A stretch of DNA of 64,000 nt. Origin: Candidatus Delongbacteria bacterium (lineage in GTDB: Bacteria; CAIWAD01). Location of the stretch: contig OY760505.1 in assembly GCA_963663545.1 (NCBI GenBank), positions 1,184,001-1,248,000 on the forward strand. The letters run 5' to 3'. Below are positions 58,201 to 64,000 of the stretch, one piece after another; within the stretch, counting starts at the first letter, position 1, and each line of letters opens with the position of its first letter. The notes under the pieces were generated by a model. It made no database searches. It had not been told where the DNA came from and worked only from the letters and a program-made list of their open reading frames with translations. The position numbers and the translations under genes were made by a program.

Positions 58201-59970
58201 ATCCCCGATGCCTTCACGCGGATAGCCGCGCGAGAGCTCCATCTTGCCGTTGGCCAGCGCCGGTCCCACGGAGGTGATATCCAAATCGAAAATGGCGTTG
58301 AACCATCCTGAGCAGACGGGATTGTTGTACTGGCTCTTGGTGTGCAGATCACTGGGACCGACAAAAGCACATGCGCCCTTGGGAGCGCCCACATCGCCAA
58401 TGCGCATCCACACCTCGCCAAAACAGGGATCCTCCACTTCCAGGTTACCACCCGCGCCAAAAGCACCCGTCTGGCACACAAAGCTCGCAACAACGGGAAG
58501 CCGGTAAACGTTGGTCAGTCCGGCGACATCATTACGGTCGTAGGCCGGGAAAATCCAGCCGTTGGAGTTGGCCCAGCCGCGGTAGCTGATCATGTTGGTG
58601 CCCTGGTTGACCCACTGGGAAATGGGCCCGCCACCATCGCTGACGCCAGGGTAGAATATGGTGTCCGCCTCAAAGCCGTTGGCAACGAACTTGTCATAGA
58701 CCCAGTGGCTGGTCTGATTGGGTGTGACCGGGGGCGTGCTATTGTCGGAATAGTTGCAGCTGACCGCCAGGCCGCGCTCCAGATAAGCGCTTCCGTTCAG
58801 GCTGGGATACAGCTCGTAGGCAACAGGCTTCTGTGCCATGATGTAGAGCTGCTGAGGATTCTCTACGCTGAAACGTCCGACGAAAAGGTCACTGACGTAG
58901 TCATCACCCTCATGCAGACTGTAGAAGTGATCGCTGACGTCAAACTCGTTGCCCTCGCTAATCACCACGCTGTCCGGGCAGGCCGTCGTACCGTCGTCGT
59001 CGCCAAGCAGCAACAGATACTCGGGGCGCAGCTCGTCCCAGGCCGTGTTGATGTAGTTACGCAGCGTGGTGAAATCGACCGTAGTGGTTCCGCCAATGGC
59101 CTCGTCATCAAAGGGTACGACGCGCACATCAAAACCCTTCTGACGCTTCCAGGTGACGAACTCGCCAATGACGTTCGTCGCCGTGTAGGAGGGCGCGCCC
59201 ACGATCAGGTAGACCGGGAAGACCGAGTCGTCAACGTCGTCATAGAACTGGCCGTGATTGCTCACAATCGCGCTGTAGTTGGCTTCCATGTTGGAGGACC
59301 AATGACGGCGTGTGCGCAGCTCGTTGCCCTGCACCAGACGAGGCGCGGTGTTGTCGTGATACACGAGCCGCAGACTCGCACGCTCCACCAGCTCGCAGGA
59401 ACCTTCACGAACGACGACCGGATTGTAGGTCAGCTGTACCAGGCGCAGATCGCGAAAGATGATGGGTTCGCCAAGCAGAGCGGTCTCATTCCAACCACCG
59501 GCCTCAGCCAGCTGCACAAGTGCTTCCTCATCAGCCTGTATCACCGTGCGACCAGGGCGCGGGCTTTGCTCGTCCTCCCCCAGGCTGAAGGCTTCGATCG
59601 GCAGCGGACGCGTCGCCAGCTCCTCGATCTCAAGGCCAATGCTGCCATTGGCGGGCACTTCCACCATCCAGGTCATGCGCGGCAGCTGGAGTTGCTCGGG
59701 CGTCAGGATTTCCTCCGCGCCCTCGATGCTGACACGTTGCGCGCCGTCATCCAGCTGCAGCAGCTCAACCTGCCCAAGCTGCAGCTCCAGGGTCGTCTCG
59801 CTCTGGCTGGCGGTACCGAACCAGGCCCGGGTTTCGCCGCTGAGATTGCTCAGCGACGCCCTTGCAAGCACACGTCCCGGCGTCAAATCGGCTGGTAGAT
59901 CGCTTGCCCACAGGGGCAGACCGAAACCAAGTAGCGCCAGGGATGCGAGAAGTTGTTTGCAGTTCTTCAT
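55210..59970 (-). CDS. Peptidase C25 (gingipain-like) multidomain protein with FlgD-type C-terminal sorting domain
   Basis: Propeptide region, WKRQKG, YLLLLGD, SDHFY, VGRFS, VC.TG, CFGEVW, YNVLGDP, GPDSYGY, PNPFNP...SGLYFV. Confidence 0.9.
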   Translation of the reverse strand: MKNCKQLLASLALLGFGLPLWASDLPADLTPGRVLARASLSNLSGETRAWFGTASQSETTLELQLGQVELLQLDDGAQRVSIEGAEEILTPEQLQLPRMTWMVEVPANGSIGLEIEELATRPLPIEAFSLGEDEQSPRPGRTVIQADEEALVQLAEAGGWNETALLGEPIIFRDLRLVQLTYNPVVVREGSCELVERASLRLVYHDNTAPRLVQGNELRTRRHWSSNMEANYSAIVSNHGQFYDDVDDSVFPVYLIVGAPSYTATNVIGEFVTWKRQKGFDVRVVPFDDEAIGGTTTVDFTTLRNYINTAWDELRPEYLLLLGDDDGTTACPDSVVISEGNEFDVSDHFYSLHEGDDYVSDLFVGRFSVENPQQLYIMAQKPVAYELYPSLNGSAYLERGLAVSCNYSDNSTPPVTPNQTSHWVYDKFVANGFEADTIFYPGVSDGGGPISQWVNQGTNMISYRGWANSNGWIFPAYDRNDVAGLTNVYRLPVVASFVCQTGAFGAGGNLEVEDPCFGEVWMRIGDVGAPKGACAFVGPSDLHTKSQYNNPVCSGWFNAIFDLDITSVGPALANGKMELSRGYPREGIGDDFNDAYFYYHVYNVLGDPDMKIWRHTPYTMAVEAASTLSAGQDYLDIYLTDADSGAPLPDARVTATAGSQSSLLLARGVSQEDGHIFLEIPVDELTGAGVSSFKLTCNHLDYQVLQQQVTLSTDTGVSFGSLVVSAGGDDQVQGGEQVSLQLTLSNSGTTDLPAGTLSLRDPADWVQIPDYYTLLTGQVTTPALTAGTSAQLDAPLQLQVLGSVPAEELLPLVFDYASGSLSSFHMEQLSVQNKQLHLSEAWLHSGENHLRVGMADTLSFYLCHDSGSSLLSATAMLVSGDQLISVSDSIISLASLVEGDSLLLSYPLTPAPAYYDGRQPELTLLVSEGDSPTDFSLNLAVDVPVIDRQTSDPLGPDSYGYYAIESTDYQVLGHPAYNWYELDAYYGGEGTWIEVEDDSSAVVEIPFPIQFYGEEFDRITVCSNGWISMGETWMANFRNWNIPSSLGPPNMICAWWDDLKPVYDIAKPDSAHVPVFMRHDEAEGRFIISWSRTYCRDGWESPGQPVQEFQIVLFSQDVRPTDTGDTDILMQYKTVTNQDQANNYATVGIQNFGHNDGLEVTYSNFASEGCVIPGAGHAILFTTEAPSLFLQADVPVIQPLPQEWLTLTNAELVWNDSLMTANLGGSPTYTAVIRNSANEELYRAEGLSGSSVSISGVELPENTELFFDLHAYYMGLEFGALQGVIPFYYDGTAPTLVPALLANSLYQNYFELGLHCNEELAELQAHGLDANGQELAEFALLEGESYIGTGQRVYFLQTQLDQDLARLSLYGIDTHGLETSQEIQVIASLNRSSFELPGAEVQILGQSNAWTLALASRTDNELLLPGASWNQLDLQLASGRSFVLSMDAREGVELVRLDAAGPVFVASLASGDRITLTESGSYGLAAEGTGRITPASFELTAIVPNPFNPRTNIRFELPDEGKLRAVIHNLRGQQVCVLHDGTLPAGAHNLTWEGRNAKNLEVASGLYFVTLEYHGELRTARMLLLR

Positions 59971-60032
59971 GGCCTCTTCGCGTTTGCTTATCCTTCCACA
60001 GCCGGCCCACGATGGACCGAAACCACAGTTCG

Positions 60033-60048
60033 CGCAAAAATAATGCCC
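60033..60048 (-). promoter_or_regulatory. Putative sigma54 -24/-12 promoter
   Basis: Minus strand GGGCATTATTTTTGCG, about 60 bp before the ATG. Confidence 0.65.
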
Positions 60049-60116
60049 GCTAATGTGAAGCTAACTCCAATGTTTGCGTACACCAGCAGGCAGTATTTCC
60101 AGACACTTGTCTGTGG

Positions 60117-60785
60117 CTACTCAACAAGCGTCACCTTGTTGATCAGAACCGGCTCCACGGGCACATCGCCGTAATGCTCAACCTGATGAGTCGGCACAGC
60201 CTTGATCTGGTCCACCACTTCCTGCCCCGCTGTCACACGACCAAACACGCAGTAGCCGAAAGCGGCCGGATTGTTGGGGTCACGCTGGTTGAGGAAGTCG
60301 TTGTTCTTGACATTGATGAAGAACTGGCTGGTCGCGCTGTGCACAGCGTTTGTGCGCGCCATGGCAATGGTGTAGGGCTCATTCTTCAGGCCGTTGGTGG
60401 CCTCGTTCTGAATGGGTGCGTCGGTTTCCTTCTGCTTCATGTCAGGCGTAAAACCGCCGCCCTGAATCATGAAGTTGTTGATGACGCGGTGGAAGATGGT
60501 GCCGTCGTAGAAGCCCTTCTTCACGTAGCTCTCGAAATTGGCGCAGCTGATCGGGGCGTGGGTGTAATCCAGCTCGAGGGTGATATTGCCCATGCTGGTT
60601 TCCATCAAGAAGCTTTTGGTTTGCACATCTTCCTGCATTGCGGTCTCCGTTTTCTCTGCAACTGCGGCCACCTGGTTCCCGTGGTCCGCCTGAGTTTGGG
60701 TCTGCTGCTGCTTGTCCTTGCCACCGCAGGCAACCAGCATAAGGCTGAAGGTCAGCACGGCCAACAGACGGTAATTCTTGCGCAT
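60117..60785 (-). CDS. Cyclophilin-type peptidyl-prolyl isomerase, lipoprotein
   Basis: Lipobox [40 protein letters not shown]. Confidence 0.97.
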   Translation of the reverse strand: MRKNYRLLAVLTFSLMLVACGGKDKQQQTQTQADHGNQVAAVAEKTETAMQEDVQTKSFLMETSMGNITLELDYTHAPISCANFESYVKKGFYDGTIFHRVINNFMIQGGGFTPDMKQKETDAPIQNEATNGLKNEPYTIAMARTNAVHSATSQFFINVKNNDFLNQRDPNNPAAFGYCVFGRVTAGQEVVDQIKAVPTHQVEHYGDVPVEPVLINKVTLVE

Positions 60786-60786
60786 C

Positions 60787-61587
60787 TCAATTCTCCAGCA
60801 GATTCAATTGTGTTCCTATTTCGATCCAACCGCTAGGCTCGAACTGTCCGGCCACTCGCAAGCAGTCGTCGGGCAATCCGGCCTCGCGCACAACGCCGGC
60901 ATTAGCTGCCAGCGCCTGCGCCGGTGTGTTGTTCTCACGACTCAAGTGCGCCAGCGTCACCTGGCGACAACGTCCTTTCAGCACGCGGCCCAGTAGATCG
61001 GCGCACTGTTCGTTACTCAAGTGCCCGTGATTGCTGCGTACCCGCTGTTTGAGCACCCAGGGATAAGGGCCGTCAAGCAACATGCGCAGATCGTGGTTGC
61101 TCTCGAGCATTAGCGCGTCCACCTCACGCAAGGCGGCTTCGATACGCGTGTCGGGCTCGCCCAAGTCGGTGACGATGGCCAGCGAAGCGCTCGCAGTTTG
61201 TATCACGAACTGCAACGGCTCTTGCACATCGTGTGACACAGCAATGGGGCGCACACGAAATCCGGCAACGTCCTCGGTACGGCCAGCAAGCAAATGGTGA
61301 ATGCACTCGCCGCCACGCCAGATACGCTCACTCCCCCGATGCGTGCCACGACTCATGTAAACGGGAACGCCCAGCCCGCGGGCGGCAACGCCAGCTCCCC
61401 CGACGTGATCCGAATGCTCGTGTGTCACAAGGATGGCGCGGATCGTGCTCAGATCCACGTCGACTGTTGCCGCACGACGGCGAAGCTCCTTTAACGAAAG
61501 CCCATTGTCGATCAGCAGCGAGTGTTCTCCCTGTGATACAATCGTGGCATTGCCGCCACTGCCGCTGGCTAAAACGCAATAGCGCAC
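60787..61587 (-). CDS. MBL-fold metallohydrolase (YycJ/WalJ-like)
   Basis: [44 protein letters not shown] overlaps the pyrE stop. Confidence 0.95.
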   Translation of the reverse strand: MRYCVLASGSGGNATIVSQGEHSLLIDNGLSLKELRRRAATVDVDLSTIRAILVTHEHSDHVGGAGVAARGLGVPVYMSRGTHRGSERIWRGGECIHHLLAGRTEDVAGFRVRPIAVSHDVQEPLQFVIQTASASLAIVTDLGEPDTRIEAALREVDALMLESNHDLRMLLDGPYPWVLKQRVRSNHGHLSNEQCADLLGRVLKGRCRQVTLAHLSRENNTPAQALAANAGVVREAGLPDDCLRVAGQFEPSGWIEIGTQLNLLEN

Positions 61588-62156
61588 TACTTCAGGCCCC
61601 GGCTTCCAGGCTTGTCGACAGGACGCCCTTCTGCGCACAGCGGGCACTCGTCCGGCTGCCAGGTGACAACTTCCTGGCGATGACAGGCGAAAAGCGGAAG
61701 ATCGCCAAACCCGACTCTACCGTTGGAGCGATCCACAATAACGCCCACGCCCACAGGAATGGCGCCTGCGGCACGCACCAGATCGATGACCTCCTGCACG
61801 CTGCCTCCAGTGGTCACCACATCTTCGACCACCAGCACGCGCTCGCCCTTGCGCAGCGAGAATCCTCGGCGCAGGGTCATCACGCCATCCTTGCGCTCGG
61901 CAAAGCAATTGGGCCGCCCCAGCAGACGTCCTGTCTCGACACCCACCACAATGCCGCCCACCGCCGGAGCAATGACGCGATCGAGGCCTGTATCACGGAA
62001 ATGATCGGCAATTTGTCCGCAGAGCACGGCGGCGTATTCCGGGTGCTGCAACACAAGCGCGCACTGGAAGTACTGGTTGCTGTGCAGTCCGCTGGTCAAC
62101 TGAAAATGACCGTCGAGCAGGGCACCACTGCGAGTAAACAGATCGAGGTTGTTCAT
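61587..62156 (-). CDS. pyrE: Orotate phosphoribosyltransferase
   Basis: [32 protein letters not shown]. Confidence 0.96.
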   Translation of the reverse strand: MNNLDLFTRSGALLDGHFQLTSGLHSNQYFQCALVLQHPEYAAVLCGQIADHFRDTGLDRVIAPAVGGIVVGVETGRLLGRPNCFAERKDGVMTLRRGFSLRKGERVLVVEDVVTTGGSVQEVIDLVRAAGAIPVGVGVIVDRSNGRVGFGDLPLFACHRQEVVTWQPDECPLCAEGRPVDKPGSRGLK

Positions 62157-62212
62157 CACTCCTCCACGATTCCGGCAAAAGGCGCTCGCCGAAAGGGTTC
62201 CCAACATGAAGT

Positions 62213-62869
62213 CTAGACCCGCAGACCGCTCAGCCAGCGGAGATTCAAATTCTCTATCGCCTCCATCTCGCTATGAGACAGATCGCTGAAAGCGTAGATC
62301 TGCACCGTTTTCTCGGTGCTCATATCGACGCGGATCCAGCGCAACGGACGAGAACGTAAGTCCAACCCGTCCATGCGCATATTTAGGTAGGCGTCTTTGT
62401 GTGGCAGGATATCGTGACGCTGCGGCAGCTCCAGCATGGCTTTCAAACCACCGGCGCTCACGTTCAGCGCGACACCCGGCACCCAACAAGTGTAGTTGAT
62501 ACGATTGTCGCCGCGGCTGAGGGCTTTGTTCAGAATCGGCACGCGCAGAGCCAGTGGAGTCATACGCGCTGCACGTAGATGCTGACGCCGCTGGCGCAGA
62601 GTGATATCCTCGGGAGCCGTGATCAGCAGACGCGTCTGTGCTCCGGTTCCCTCCAGACCGATGAAATGCGCGTCGAAATAACAGACGGCGGCATTCAAAT
62701 GATAGCGACAGGTCAGCGGTGTGCCGCGCTGCATGTGCAGCAGCTCCTGCGGTAGCATACTGCCCGCATCCAGCTTGAGCGTTGCACCGCCCACAACCGT
62801 CAACTGAGTGCGCCAGGTGCGCCTGCCGTGCTGAACCAGCAGGATCAGCCCGGAGGTCAAGCGGGGCAT
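62213..62869 (-). CDS. PilZ domain protein (YcgR-like)
   Basis: QRRQHLR (RxxxR) and NVSAGG (D/NxSxxG) motifs. Confidence 0.75.
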   Translation of the reverse strand: MPRLTSGLILLVQHGRRTWRTQLTVVGGATLKLDAGSMLPQELLHMQRGTPLTCRYHLNAAVCYFDAHFIGLEGTGAQTRLLITAPEDITLRQRRQHLRAARMTPLALRVPILNKALSRGDNRINYTCWVPGVALNVSAGGLKAMLELPQRHDILPHKDAYLNMRMDGLDLRSRPLRWIRVDMSTEKTVQIYAFSDLSHSEMEAIENLNLRWLSGLRV

Positions 62870-63714
62870 CAACGATCCCACCAGGCCTCCACGTTTACTT
62901 TCTCGTTGTAGGCTTGTGCGCGTTCCCGCGCAGCCTTGGGTTCACTGATAGAGTCGGTCCCGAAGAGGATACCGCGTGATACATTGATCAGTGCCGCGCT
63001 TTTTCGCAGGGGAAGGATGGCCGCCAGCGTGGCTTCCAGATCTCCACCCTGAGCGCCGATTCCGGGAATCAGCAAGGGAATGCCGGGAAACTCGCGCCGG
63101 ATTTCCTCAAGCTGGCCGGGGCGAGTAGCGCCGACCACCGCGCCCAGGCGTCCGTCGGCCCAATCGTGATTCCAGTCGTTGATGCGCTCGAGCACGTGCA
63201 TGTACAGCGGCTTGCCCTCGCTCAGCAGGAACTGGAAATCATCAGCACCCGGATTGCTGGTCAGCGCCAGCACAAAAGCTCCCATCCCGGCTCCCAGTCC
63301 CGTGTCCGGTGCGCTACAGGCTTCCAGGAAAGGACGCACACTGTCATGGCCCATGTAAGGCGCCAGCGTAATGGTATGACAGCCCAGGTGTTCAAAGGCC
63401 AGACGTGCGTATCGCGCTGATGTGTTACCGATGTCGCCGCGCTTGGCGTCGCCGATGACCAGCGCTCGCGTACCGATGTGAGCAATAGTACGCTCCAGGG
63501 TTCGCAGTCCGTCCACACCCAGCGCTTCGTAGAAGGCGAAGTTCGGCTTGTAGGCCGCCACCTGGTCTACGGTGGCATCAATCAGGTCGCGGTTGTAGGC
63601 CAGCACGGGGTCTTCTTCGCTCAGATAGCGCTCCGGCAGACGTGATGCGTCGACATCGAGGCCGAGACACAACAGGCTGCGGCGCTTCTTGCAATGGTCA
63701 ATCAGCATTCGCAT
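62869..63714 (-). CDS. pyrF: Orotidine-5'-phosphate decarboxylase
   Basis: LCLGLD, YKPNFAFYE, DAKRGDIGNT, LTSNPG, VVGAT, LIPGIGAQGG, NVSRGI. Confidence 0.97.
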   Translation of the reverse strand: MRMLIDHCKKRRSLLCLGLDVDASRLPERYLSEEDPVLAYNRDLIDATVDQVAAYKPNFAFYEALGVDGLRTLERTIAHIGTRALVIGDAKRGDIGNTSARYARLAFEHLGCHTITLAPYMGHDSVRPFLEACSAPDTGLGAGMGAFVLALTSNPGADDFQFLLSEGKPLYMHVLERINDWNHDWADGRLGAVVGATRPGQLEEIRREFPGIPLLIPGIGAQGGDLEATLAAILPLRKSAALINVSRGILFGTDSISEPKAARERAQAYNEKVNVEAWWDR

Positions 63715-64000
63715 GGCCAAAAAGTAGCAAACACGGGCAAAGCGGAGCGGCCACAAGTAAAAGCGCCGGAGCAGGAAATCGCTGCAATCAGGAGGTTGAG
63801 CGCTGTAAGCACCAGGGTGAGACCGATAATGCTTCCCGTGCTACAATCCGGGAGGCAAACCGATACTGCTTCGTCCAAGCCACGCCGAGACGGTAAGAAA
63901 GCTCCCGGTCACCACCGTTGGTCCCGTAAAGGCTGAACCATCCAAGGCGTCTTCTGTGGGCAACTCCTCCGGAGTGAGTGCGACGCCTACAGGCAGGCGT

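Larger units (their letters stand above)
530..62990. repeat. Dispersed highly iterated degenerate palindrome GTRWYAC
   Basis: By-eye tallies of about 30, 25 and 33 copies in the first three 10-kb blocks; copies continue to the window end. Confidence 0.88.

Noticed and set aside
530..62990. GTRWYAC as Chi, KOPS, parS, matS or a single transcription-factor site
   Set aside because: No evident strand polarity, sequence differs from those motifs, and it is too frequent and mostly intragenic for an ordinary regulator site.
63715..64000. Possible gene or RNA at the right edge
   Set aside because: Several short open frames but no recognisable motif or RNA structure; truncated by the window.

Overview
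GC-rich (roughly 58-60% by eye) bacterial chromosomal segment. Six secreted proteins with NYPNPFN/FlgD-type C-terminal sorting domains, a C25 gingipain-like protein and the yggS-yggT-divIVA-PNP-ileS(type 2)-dksA/traR-lspA-rluD gene order suggest an FCB-superphylum lineage (inference only). It holds housekeeping genes (lon, hsp20, dnaJ-class, ileS, lspA, rluD, rsgA, pyrE, pyrF, cyclophilin, M32 peptidase), a signalling cluster (sigma54 NtrC-type regulator, multi-receiver protein, HDOD), FlgM-like and PilZ genes, and an accessory stretch at about 27-60 kb rich in secreted/surface proteins and tandem paralogs. I saw no rRNA, tRNA, CRISPR array or transposase. Main non-gene signals: (1) a degenerate palindrome GTRWYAC iterated about every 300-400 bp through genes and intergenic DNA, often spelled with codons unexpected at this GC content and overlapping a probable ATC start codon of lspA; (2) four aligned sigma54 -24/-12 promoters in front of secreted-cargo loci; (3) polar (ATCGGT)n arrays, one inverted pair lying in frame inside a gene. 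All product calls come from motif recognition, not database searches.
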